A stretch of DNA of 64,000 bases, taken from the NCBI GenBank assembly GCA_028684065.1, contig JAQUGO010000007.1:39507-103506 (forward strand). Reading direction: 5' to 3'. How positions within the stretch are numbered: position 1 is the stretch's first letter; each line of letters opens with the position of its first letter. A model generated the notes under the pieces. It did no database searches, was not told where the DNA came from, and was given only the letters and a program-made list of their open reading frames with translations. Position numbers and translations under genes: made by a program. This document shows, one piece after another, positions 8,881 to 17,481 of the stretch. This DNA comes from Sulfurospirillaceae bacterium. GTDB lineage: Bacteria; Campylobacterota; Campylobacteria; Campylobacterales; Sulfurospirillaceae.

Positions 8881-10206
8881 ATGACACATGAAGAAATTAA
8901 AAAATTATTAGCTAAATATAATATTACAACCCTTGATGAATTAGAGTATTGTCTATCTGCATTTGATTCAAATGATGAGTGCCTTGATGACCCAGAGTAT
9001 AATAAAAAAAACTGCATGAATTCAAAATGCTACGAAGAATATGGTGTTCCTGATTGTAGGAAAATAGTAGAAATTTATAATAAGTACTTTCAAAAAGATA
9101 TAAAAACAAAAAAAGAGTTTATAGATTATTTAGTAAGCGTTGTCAATAAAAAAAGAAGTAGTGTTGAAAATTACATGTCGTGTAAGAGCTGTAATCAACA
9201 AATTGAAAAAGGCATTCAAACAAGCTTAAAAATATCAGATTCTGGTTTTAAAAAAGATTTTTGTAACAATCTCAATATTAAATTTAGCTATATAAGTTTA
9301 TTTCAAACGGAGTATAAATCAATAAAACAATTTTTAAATAAAGAACATCAAGTTACAAGTGATACCTATATCCCCCAATATAAACAAAGTGAAAATACAA
9401 TGACAAAAGATGAAGAAAAAAAATTGTTTGATATTTCTCATACCTCAATAAATATCTTTCAAACTCATTTAAAAAATGAAGAAAATCTAAAAGGTAGTTT
9501 TAGTTATTTATTAAATTTAGCTTTAAACGCTTTTGATAGAAATCTTGTCAAAGAGTCTAATAAAATTCTTACAATCATAGCAACATTATACAATACATCA
9601 TACTTTACCAAAGAATATCTACAACTAAAAGCAAAAATTCATTCTTATAACAAAGAAGACAAAAAAGCAATTGAAGTTTTAAATGAACTGATTGAAAAAA
9701 ATCAGCCAAACATTGACAGTGAAACTTACAACTTATTAGCTGCATCAATTAAAAGAGAAGCTATGGAAGAGTTTGAAAAGTATAGTGATGAAACAATATT
9801 ACATGAAAAACTAATAAAAGCGAAAGATATCTACTACACTGTTTATAAGCTAACTAATAGCTACTATCCAGCCTTAAATTATATATACCTAATGAAAATT
9901 ACTTCATACATTCAACAAGAAGACAAAGTCCCACTAATAGAAAATGCCACCAATATATGGAAAAACATTAATCTTGTGATGAACGACTGGTGGAGCTTTA
10001 TTGCTAATATTGAATTTTTATTAGTTACAGAGCATTATGAAGAAGCTCTATCTGAGCTAGCAAATCATTTATCTGACTTAAACCAGCTTGAAATCAGTGA
10101 ATTTAATCTTTTTTCTACCATTAGACAGCTGGAATTTTATAGTAAATTTTGCGATGATACTCAAATTAAATTGTTCATTCATAAAATTAGAGGATTACAA
10201 CATTAA
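8881..10206 (+). CDS. Cys-rich N-terminal region + alpha-helical TPR-like domain (DUF4071/TRAFs-binding-domain-like)
   Basis: The helical-repeat C-terminal half contains NSYYPALNYIYL, which resembles the YYpGiNaA motif I associate with DUF4071. It starts 13 nt after the SLOG gene. Confidence 0.45.
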   Translation: MTHEEIKKLLAKYNITTLDELEYCLSAFDSNDECLDDPEYNKKNCMNSKCYEEYGVPDCRKIVEIYNKYFQKDIKTKKEFIDYLVSVVNKKRSSVENYMSCKSCNQQIEKGIQTSLKISDSGFKKDFCNNLNIKFSYISLFQTEYKSIKQFLNKEHQVTSDTYIPQYKQSENTMTKDEEKKLFDISHTSINIFQTHLKNEENLKGSFSYLLNLALNAFDRNLVKESNKILTIIATLYNTSYFTKEYLQLKAKIHSYNKEDKKAIEVLNELIEKNQPNIDSETYNLLAASIKREAMEEFEKYSDETILHEKLIKAKDIYYTVYKLTNSYYPALNYIYLMKITSYIQQEDKVPLIENATNIWKNINLVMNDWWSFIANIEFLLVTEHYEEALSELANHLSDLNQLEISEFNLFSTIRQLEFYSKFCDDTQIKLFIHKIRGLQH

Positions 10207-10559
10207 TAAAAATCATCCTGTTGATTTTTATGGATATACAATACAAAAGTATTGATCGAATTTAAATTATTTTCATAGTTCTCAAGAGTATTTGCGATCA
10301 AGCGTATTTTTTTACTAAAACTCAAAGATGTATAATTTACTTCCATTTTATTTGTGATCAATAGATGAATTAGTATTAAAAACAACATTATAAGGCAAAC
10401 AGATATTAGATATGATAGTAATCCTATTTCTAAAAGAAACAGGATCAAACTACTGCTATTCATATCAGAGATATTTGCACTCTCACTAATCATGATTAAA
10501 ATTATCAAATTAATAAAAAATATTATTTTATCGTTTGTAAAAAATTTAATTAAAAGCAT
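10203..10559 (-). CDS. hypothetical multi-pass membrane protein (118 aa)
   Basis: Very hydrophobic and low-complexity. Convergent with 8881..10206 and overlapping it by 4 nt. Coding status is uncertain. Confidence 0.3.
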   Translation of the reverse strand: MLLIKFFTNDKIIFFINLIILIMISESANISDMNSSSLILFLLEIGLLSYLISVCLIMLFLILIHLLITNKMEVNYTSLSFSKKIRLIANTLENYENNLNSINTFVLYIHKNQQDDFY

Positions 10560-11114
10560 TTGGCTCCAAGTTATATATTTTTATAGACCATGCAGAACAA
10601 ATTTGAACATTATCAATTTCTCTTAGCCCATCGATGCTAATTTTGGTTTACAAGAAGAAGTATAGTACCTAAACTAGACATATTCTGTCGGTTTTATCGA
10701 TTAAAAAAATTATTTTGTGATGATCAAAGAATTTTAAACCATCATAGGCTCTTTCTATATCCATAACAATATCAGATGCTGAAAAATCTTCAGTTTGATG
10801 ATCAATCCTATGGACGGTTAAGGTTTTTCTGTAAAGACTCTAAGAAGTGCTATCACCGTTACTTCATCTGCAATGTTTAGCATAAATGGTATCCTTGTAT
10901 TTTTGTGCTGACATTGTAGAAGTATTTATGGTCATATGCTATCAAATATTTATATCTTATGAAATGAAAACTTGAATCAACTTCATTTTTAATATCTTTC
11001 TGCAATTTGCAAATGCAAATTTTCTATTAAAATAATCCTTGGACAATTTGTGGCCAAACAATTTTATAATATTTCACTACACCTATTAAAAAATAGGAAA
11101 TACAAGGAGAATAT

Positions 11115-11696
11115 ATGAAAAAGAGTTTGGTTTTATCATCATTGTTGATGATTAGTGGTTCAGCTTTAATGGCTGCAGATCTTGGAAATAACTTGTTTGT
11201 GGGTACAGAAGTTGGGGGTATGAATATTAAAGTCCAAGCAAGTGCAACTAGTGGTGGAACAACTGTTTCAGAAACAGACACTATTAATGCAACTTACGAA
11301 GCATTAAAGATCGGAAAATATTTTGATAATAGTAGAGTATATGGCTTACTTGATTATCAAAATAAAAAAGATGACTTTTCATCATGGACAATGGGTGTTG
11401 GATATGATTACTTAATCAAGAACTCAACTGCCCTTACACCATTTATTGGTGTCAATGCTTCTTACATTAAAGGCAACATTGATGGTCTCCCCATTATTGA
11501 TAAACCATCTGGTTTTGCAGCTGGTTTGGAAGCGGGTTTGATTTACGCACTTGGTAAAAACTATGAAATGGAAATGGGCATGCGTTATATGAATGTAAAC
11601 GATGTTAAAGATTCCATTAGTGTTACCGGAGCCTCTGCTGAAATAAAAGGCAAAACAGCTACTCAATATTATCTTGGATTAAATTACAAGTTTTAA
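11115..11696 (+). CDS. outer-membrane beta-barrel protein (OmpW/opacity-porin-like)
   Basis: Signal peptide MKKSLVLSSLLMISGSALMA, alternating beta-strand pattern, and an aromatic C-terminus (LNYKF). SD-like AAGGAG lies upstream. Confidence 0.7.
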   Translation: MKKSLVLSSLLMISGSALMAADLGNNLFVGTEVGGMNIKVQASATSGGTTVSETDTINATYEALKIGKYFDNSRVYGLLDYQNKKDDFSSWTMGVGYDYLIKNSTALTPFIGVNASYIKGNIDGLPIIDKPSGFAAGLEAGLIYALGKNYEMEMGMRYMNVNDVKDSISVTGASAEIKGKTATQYYLGLNYKF

Positions 11697-11705
11697 ACTA
11701 TTTAG

Positions 11706-11738
11706 TTGAAAGGTCTATATGGCCTTTCAATATTTTTT
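11706..11738. terminator. bidirectional hairpin terminator between convergent genes
   Basis: TTGAAAGG (11706-11713) pairs with CCTTTCAA (11723-11730) and is followed by TATTTTTT. Confidence 0.55.
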
Positions 11739-11774
11739 ATGAATTACTCTAAATATCAAGTAAATAATCATTGA

Positions 11775-12653
11775 TTAAATTTTTTCTTTTACAAACTCCC
11801 GTGTCAAAATTCCCACCTTTGGATAGTACTGTAAATCACTACGGTATCCAAGCCTATTGGTAATAAATTTTCTATTGTGCCAAATATACATTCTATGATC
11901 ATGGGTATGGCCATAAATCCAGACTTTTGCTGTAGTTTGAATCGCGAGTTCTTCCCCATCAAAGCAAAAAAACGATGTAGCAATATCTTTGGCATACTGA
12001 GCCAACTGAAATTTCATTTCAATGCTAGGGTTGTAGTGACTGACCATCACATCACAGGCTTGATGCACTGCTTTTAATTTGGCATATTCTTCCTCAAAAA
12101 GTTCATCAAATCTTCTAAAGCGTGTGTATTTTGAATCTTGAATCAGCATAGGCCAATTGGCTTGTAAGTAAGCATCCACATTCGCATAATGTTTGGCTTC
12201 ACTTATTTTTACAAGATTAGGATATTTTTTAGCATAAGCACTATGGTGCCATCCCATAGCGCCGCCAAACTTCACTCCTTCAATCTCAGCAATTGTGCCA
12301 TCAAGCACAATCATACCAGCGTCTTGGTAGCGCTTTTTAGAATCTATCGCTTTTTCTTTTCCATCTTTGTAGTACTGATCGATGATGTCTGCTAGATAGT
12401 AATCATGATTTCCCAAAGTGAGGATAATCTCTTTGTAAAACTCTTCTTTGAGAATTTTGAGGATATGGTTATTTTGCACAATACTATGTCCAATATCACC
12501 AGCCAAGATAAGATACTCTCCTTTAGGTTTAAGACTCTTCCAAAACGAAACAACTTGTTCTTTTTTAGGAAAACTTTTAGGGTCCATCTCTCCCATATAG
12601 GGATACCCAAACCAACTATCAAAATGGGTATCGCTTAGTATGTCAATGAACAT
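11775..12653 (-). CDS. calcineurin-like metallophosphoesterase (292 aa), paralog of 17482..18360
   Basis: Motifs DILSDTHFD, AGDIGH, GNHDYY and GHTHD. Confidence 0.8.
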   Translation of the reverse strand: MFIDILSDTHFDSWFGYPYMGEMDPKSFPKKEQVVSFWKSLKPKGEYLILAGDIGHSIVQNNHILKILKEEFYKEIILTLGNHDYYLADIIDQYYKDGKEKAIDSKKRYQDAGMIVLDGTIAEIEGVKFGGAMGWHHSAYAKKYPNLVKISEAKHYANVDAYLQANWPMLIQDSKYTRFRRFDELFEEEYAKLKAVHQACDVMVSHYNPSIEMKFQLAQYAKDIATSFFCFDGEELAIQTTAKVWIYGHTHDHRMYIWHNRKFITNRLGYRSDLQYYPKVGILTREFVKEKI

Positions 12654-12656
12654 AGG

Positions 12657-13265
12657 TTATCCTAACAAAAGAGGTTTAAAGCCAAGATGTTCCACGCTGA
12701 TATTGATACAGCGTGGATCAGGAGAGATTTTAGAGTGAATATGCCCATGGTAATTCACACAACAATCACACAGATGAAAGATTGCTTGCAACACTTCTTT
12801 CATCTGCAAGACTTCCGTGCTCCTATCATAGGAATCTTCATAAAAAGCAGGATAATGCGAAAAGAGTACTGGTCCGTTTTTGCCCTGCTCTACTAGGCAT
12901 ACACATTTGTTTAAAAGCTCTTTAGAAAAGCGGTTTTCTATTTTTTGCATGATTTTGGCGCTATGTGGTAATTCGATCTCAATACTTTCAATAATGCGGG
13001 TAAATCCAAGTTCACGCAAAGCATTTTTTCCTTTTTTAAAATCATGGTTACCTTTTAAGAGAGTAATCTTCCCATTGAGTCTTTTGATGAAGTCCCAGCC
13101 ATTAGCTTTAAATGCAAAATCTCCTAAATGGAGTACTTCATCATTTGGACATACAACCTCATTCCAAAGTTCAATTAATCGCTCATCACTATAGTCTTGG
13201 CGAAGAGGCTCGTAGATCTTAACATTCTCATGCCCGAAGTGGGTATCTGAAATAATAAAGCGCAT
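12657..13265 (-). CDS. calcineurin-like metallophosphoesterase (202 aa)
   Basis: Motifs ISDTHFGH, LGDF, GNHDF and HGHIH. Confidence 0.8.
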   Translation of the reverse strand: MRFIISDTHFGHENVKIYEPLRQDYSDERLIELWNEVVCPNDEVLHLGDFAFKANGWDFIKRLNGKITLLKGNHDFKKGKNALRELGFTRIIESIEIELPHSAKIMQKIENRFSKELLNKCVCLVEQGKNGPVLFSHYPAFYEDSYDRSTEVLQMKEVLQAIFHLCDCCVNYHGHIHSKISPDPRCINISVEHLGFKPLLLG

Positions 13266-13362
13266 CTGCTTCCTTTTTTACATGTAAAGAGGTGCATTCC
13301 CTCTGCAGACCTTCTGTACTCTCACCATCTTGCCATACGCAAAATAGAGCATGTATTCCTCC

Positions 13363-14070
13363 TTATCCAATATTCTCTTGTAAAAAGACTTTTTTACTGG
13401 GCCACTCCAAAGCACAAAGCTTTCCTTCATACACACATCCCGTATCAATAGCGGCATAATTATTTGTGATAAGAGGTAAAGCACTCTCTTGGATATCATG
13501 TCCAAAGACATTAAAGACCGGATAGTCTAAATAGGTTTGTTCACGCTTATCTTTCAAACGCTCCCAGGCAAAGGCTTGTTTCATCTCGGGATCTTCTCTC
13601 TCTTCCCAAAACGGTAATCCAAAGCCGTGCGTTATAAAAAGTCTTTTACCGTTTTCATCAGGGATATCAAACTCCAAATAACTAGGCAATTGCTTCATCC
13701 ACTCTAAATGAGGACGCAGCATCTCTCCGCTCTTTCCATTGTAACTACGATCAGTCATATCGCCACCATTGCGTTTCCAAAATGCCATATTTCGCAATGT
13801 GTTGTTACCATACATTTGTCCTCCAAGCGAATCCTCAAAGGCATCTAACATCATCTGTTCATGATTGCCTATGACACAAGGATAACCTCCCTCTTTCACA
13901 AACTCCACTACAAGAGCAGAATATTTACCTCTATCAATTAAATCTCCTACAAACACCAAACGAGATTTGGCCTTTTGTGGCAATTGTTCAATCAGGGCAT
14001 GTAAGGATTTGGCACATCCGTGAACATCGCTGATAATATATAAAGGCTCTTCTTTTTTAGAAAAAAACAT
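13363..14070 (-). CDS. PPP-family phosphatase (lambda-PPase/ApaH/PrpE-like)
   Basis: Motifs ISDVHGC, VGDLIDRG and GNHE, with a downstream GH. Confidence 0.8.
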   Translation of the reverse strand: MFFSKKEEPLYIISDVHGCAKSLHALIEQLPQKAKSRLVFVGDLIDRGKYSALVVEFVKEGGYPCVIGNHEQMMLDAFEDSLGGQMYGNNTLRNMAFWKRNGGDMTDRSYNGKSGEMLRPHLEWMKQLPSYLEFDIPDENGKRLFITHGFGLPFWEEREDPEMKQAFAWERLKDKREQTYLDYPVFNVFGHDIQESALPLITNNYAAIDTGCVYEGKLCALEWPSKKVFLQENIG

Positions 14071-14073
14071 TGT

Positions 14074-14820
14074 CTATCCTTGATAAGGTACTTGATAAAT
14101 CATTTTACTAGGCCACTCTAGGACACTTAAATACATGACTTCACTCTTGGGCAATCGCCCATAAACACAACCTGTATCTATGGCTGCATAGCTTTCAGTC
14201 ATAACAATATTATCCACAACATCGTGTCCAAAGACATTAAACACCGGATAGTCCATATAACCCTCTTCATAGGCGTAGTGTTCTCTTACTTTTAGGGTAT
14301 CTACTCTTTTTTTTAAACGATTATTGCGAAGCTTGATTGCCGTCTCTTTTTTAGCCCTCGCCTTCCAAAACGGTAATCCAAACCCATGCGTTATAAAGAG
14401 GGTTTTACCGTTTTCATCTTTAATGTCATACTCCAAATAACGTGGTAAGTCTTTCATCCATGCTAAATGCTCACTCATCTTTCCTGCATTGGGGCGAAAA
14501 TAGCTGCTAATCGTATTTCTGCCACCATTAAGTTTCCAAAGACGCTTAGTGCTGTAGGTATCCACAATCCCCTCAGCCTCCTCATAACGGTGAGCTTGTA
14601 CCATTACCGCCTCATGATTGCCTAATACACAATCATAATTGCCGTTTTTAACAAACTCTATCACCTGCGCCGAATACTTACCACGATCTACCAAATCACC
14701 CACAAAGACAAGGTTTGATTTCTCTTTGTTGGGGAGTGTGTCGATTAAAGCCATTAAGCTTTTATAACACCCGTGAACATCCCCGATAATATACAAAGAA
14801 TCCCTAGGAACTTTGACCAT
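14074..14820 (-). CDS. PPP-family phosphatase (lambda-PPase/ApaH/PrpE-like), paralog of 13363..14070
   Basis: Motifs IGDVHGC, VGDLVDRG and GNHE. It shares LFITHGFGLPFW and YPVFNVFGHD with its neighbour. Confidence 0.8.
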   Translation of the reverse strand: MVKVPRDSLYIIGDVHGCYKSLMALIDTLPNKEKSNLVFVGDLVDRGKYSAQVIEFVKNGNYDCVLGNHEAVMVQAHRYEEAEGIVDTYSTKRLWKLNGGRNTISSYFRPNAGKMSEHLAWMKDLPRYLEYDIKDENGKTLFITHGFGLPFWKARAKKETAIKLRNNRLKKRVDTLKVREHYAYEEGYMDYPVFNVFGHDVVDNIVMTESYAAIDTGCVYGRLPKSEVMYLSVLEWPSKMIYQVPYQG

Positions 14821-16684
14821 TGCCCACTCCTAGCTTCATTTTTTCCACATCTTCCTTTGGTAAGGAAACATACAATAATAAATCATAAGGCAGTTCTAAA
14901 AAGAGCTCCTGGTCCCTTGCTTCCAATAAGCGATCCTTCTTGCTAACCGTTTTTAGCATCGTTTTAAAAAATGCAAGCTCTTCATGTGTGCGAGGGCGCA
15001 GTTTGCACAAGAGTTCGGCCGCATCTTTTTTGGCTTTAAAATAACGCACAGCAATAACATCCTTATTGGTATCTCTTAAAATCATCTTCACCGTTCGTTT
15101 TTCCTCTATCACCATACGTGCTTTAGGCGCTACAACAGGTGTACTCTCTTTTTTACTTAAATTAATCAAATTTATCACAGCACTTTCCACATGATTTACA
15201 CGCGATTCAAGCGATGGCGCACTCTCATCCATCCAGGACTGTTTTTTATTTTCTTCTAAAAAACGTTTATTTTCCAAGAGTTCTGCGTTCATTTTTGGGA
15301 AAACCCTAACAACACTCTTTTTACCAGAGAGATCGATATAATAGGCACTCTCTCTTCCAAACAAATCCGAATCATTCACTAAAACCCCACCTCTTTTTTC
15401 AACAGTGGTTTGATCCGCAAGCACGCCTTTTTGTTCTTGAAACTTTTGCTCCACCATATTCTCCAAGAGTGAATCAAAAAACATCCCAGCAACCTTGCTT
15501 TTAATACCATCTTTAAGACACCAAAAGGGTTCAAAGGATTCACAGCGCTCATCGTTGATGTTCTTATAAGAGATTACAAACGCGACATTGACCATCATCT
15601 CTTCTGTCTCCAAGAGCCCAACACTGCGCTTTAACAATAGCTCATCTTGTGTAGCCATAATGTATTCAAACCGACACTCCCTGCAGACAGAAACTTCAGG
15701 AAGCGTTTTAGGCGTAATAATCTTATGGGCTTCATCAATAAAGATACTTACCCCTTGAGCTTTTGTGTTTCCTGCACGCCTTTTTAATGCGGCAAAGAGT
15801 CTGGCATTGATAATTTGTGTGGCACTCTTTCCAATATTCTCACTGTTAATAATCACAATTTTATTTTCTATCAACTCCCCAATAGGTTTAGCGTACGGAT
15901 CATTTAAAAAGGAGATTCGCGCTAAATCTTGAATCGTATTTTTCAGACAATTCATGACACCATGATTTCCTGAATCTCTCTCCTCTTCTTTGATATGCCT
16001 AAATGCGTTAAGCTCCAAAGCAAAGTTTTTGAGCTTTTTTTCAAAGTGACTTAAAGCATACTGCAGCTTTATGTTCTCCTGAAGGGTTTCACTCTCCACC
16101 AAAGTTTTATGAATCAAGCCAACCGCTCCTCCTAGGACACCAATATGCTTTTCAATTTCACTGGGTTTAATCAATGCATAAATAGCACTAAAGGTAGGAG
16201 GAATGTCATACGCACGCAGTGGACTACTTTCTACACTCCCGTTGAACTTTTTTAAAAAAGCATAGAGCTCTTTAAGCTCCAAAAGTGAAAAGTAGAGGGC
16301 TTTAAATAACGAGAGTGAGGCAATATCCCAATAATCTTTATTAAATCCTCCAGAACTAAGCAAGGTGTCAATCTCTTTTTCACTTAATCCATCCAAGAGA
16401 TTCAAGGTCTCTCCCCACAAAACACCAATTTCAAGAACATCTTTCAATCTTCCAAGGTTATCCGCAACGCATTTGACTTTTAAATGCGTATTACCTTTAA
16501 AATCGAACACTATAACTGTGTGAGCAAGAGAAATTCTATTTTCAATATTAGGCAAGACGAAAGAACTCGTTTTACCGCTCCCCGTTTGTCCAAAACAGAT
16601 GGCATTGGTAAAATCAAGGGGCACTAAAATAGGATTAATTGTTTGTTTATCTTCTAATCCATCTATATCAAATCCAACACGCAT
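14804..16684 (-). CDS. P-loop ATPase, type-IV coupling protein (TraG/TraD/VirD4)-like or FtsK/HerA-like, no N-terminal TM
   Basis: Walker A FGQTGSGKTSSFVLPNI is followed by VIVFDFKGN, the T4CP-like pattern G.tGsGKt..viPn...v.D.KG. Walker B is IFIDEAHKI. Confidence 0.6.
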   Translation of the reverse strand: MRVGFDIDGLEDKQTINPILVPLDFTNAICFGQTGSGKTSSFVLPNIENRISLAHTVIVFDFKGNTHLKVKCVADNLGRLKDVLEIGVLWGETLNLLDGLSEKEIDTLLSSGGFNKDYWDIASLSLFKALYFSLLELKELYAFLKKFNGSVESSPLRAYDIPPTFSAIYALIKPSEIEKHIGVLGGAVGLIHKTLVESETLQENIKLQYALSHFEKKLKNFALELNAFRHIKEEERDSGNHGVMNCLKNTIQDLARISFLNDPYAKPIGELIENKIVIINSENIGKSATQIINARLFAALKRRAGNTKAQGVSIFIDEAHKIITPKTLPEVSVCRECRFEYIMATQDELLLKRSVGLLETEEMMVNVAFVISYKNINDERCESFEPFWCLKDGIKSKVAGMFFDSLLENMVEQKFQEQKGVLADQTTVEKRGGVLVNDSDLFGRESAYYIDLSGKKSVVRVFPKMNAELLENKRFLEENKKQSWMDESAPSLESRVNHVESAVINLINLSKKESTPVVAPKARMVIEEKRTVKMILRDTNKDVIAVRYFKAKKDAAELLCKLRPRTHEELAFFKTMLKTVSKKDRLLEARDQELFLELPYDLLLYVSLPKEDVEKMKLGVGNGQSS

Positions 16685-16701
16685 AGGTTTTTCCTTTCTT
16701 C

Positions 16702-17037
16702 TTATCTCAGAAACGATTCACTTAAGTCTCTTAAATCAATCGTATATACACAGAGGTATGCATCAATCCATTCTCGCTCACTTTGTGAGCAAGCATCCCA
16801 TAAGACTTCAAGAGAGTCCTCTTCTTGATGACGATCTAAACACCCCAAAAAATCAAACATCTCTTCCGCAGATGAAGGTGTTTGGTCAATAATCGTTTGA
16901 ATCATTTTAGAAGAGCTCGCAACACAAAGAAAAGCTGCGCCTCCTTTATGTGTGTCTTCTACCAAAACTTTAAATAAGAGGCTTTGTCTTTGTGGGAACA
17001 ACAAAGCGCACCTCTCCAATAATGCTTTCACTCTCAT
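16702..17037 (-). CDS. hypothetical protein (start uncertain)
   Basis: Track ORF. Its 5' end overlaps the upstream gene by 68 nt, so the real start may be internal. Confidence 0.3.
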   Translation of the reverse strand: MRVKALLERCALLFPQRQSLLFKVLVEDTHKGGAAFLCVASSSKMIQTIIDQTPSSAEEMFDFLGCLDRHQEEDSLEVLWDACSQSEREWIDAYLCVYTIDLRDLSESFLR

Positions 17038-17470
17038 CTCTAACCAAATTTCCTACAAAGTGTTCTCTTGCTTCATAATAACTCATAGGAGGATTTAAAG
17101 AGATCTCCTCATGGTAATTTCCGCCAGAATAACGACCAATACGAAGCGTTGCATGTGTAAAAAGCTCATGCTGGTTTTGCCCACGAATCAAACAAATCAA
17201 TCTTTTGTCTTCCTCGCTCGCATAAATCATCTCTTCAGCTTTTGGGGCCTCTTCTAGGCGAAACACATACTCAGAATTAGCCGTTTCAATATTTAACAGT
17301 TTGCTCTCTTCATTGTAGATATACGAAACCACCAAACTGGTATGAAAGTATTTTTCTGAGCTAAAATCACTCCAAACGGCCATTCTATTAACCTCTAAAT
17401 TTCCCCAAACTTCTTTGGGAATCCATCCATCTAATCCTAGATTGGTGGTACTGACAAATTTTGCTCTCAT
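16970..17470 (-). CDS. hypothetical protein (167 aa; start trimmed to MRAKFVSTT)
   Basis: The track ORF 16970..17569 overlaps the end of the upstream phosphoesterase gene. The ATG at 17470 is preceded by AAGGA. Confidence 0.4.
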   Translation of the reverse strand: MRAKFVSTTNLGLDGWIPKEVWGNLEVNRMAVWSDFSSEKYFHTSLVVSYIYNEESKLLNIETANSEYVFRLEEAPKAEEMIYASEEDKRLICLIRGQNQHELFTHATLRIGRYSGGNYHEEISLNPPMSYYEAREHFVGNLVRDESESIIGEVRFVVPTKTKPLI

Positions 17471-17481
17471 AGTAAGGTCCT

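Noticed and set aside
10640-10883. Possible frameshifted small gene on the minus strand (MLNIADEVTVIALLRVFTEKP, stop, then in another frame LTVHRIDHQTEDFSASDIVMDIERAYDGLKFFDHHKIIFLIDKTDRICLV)
   Set aside because: The two pieces read like real protein, but I cannot assign a family or confirm the frameshift without a homologue. It is not reported as a pseudogene feature.
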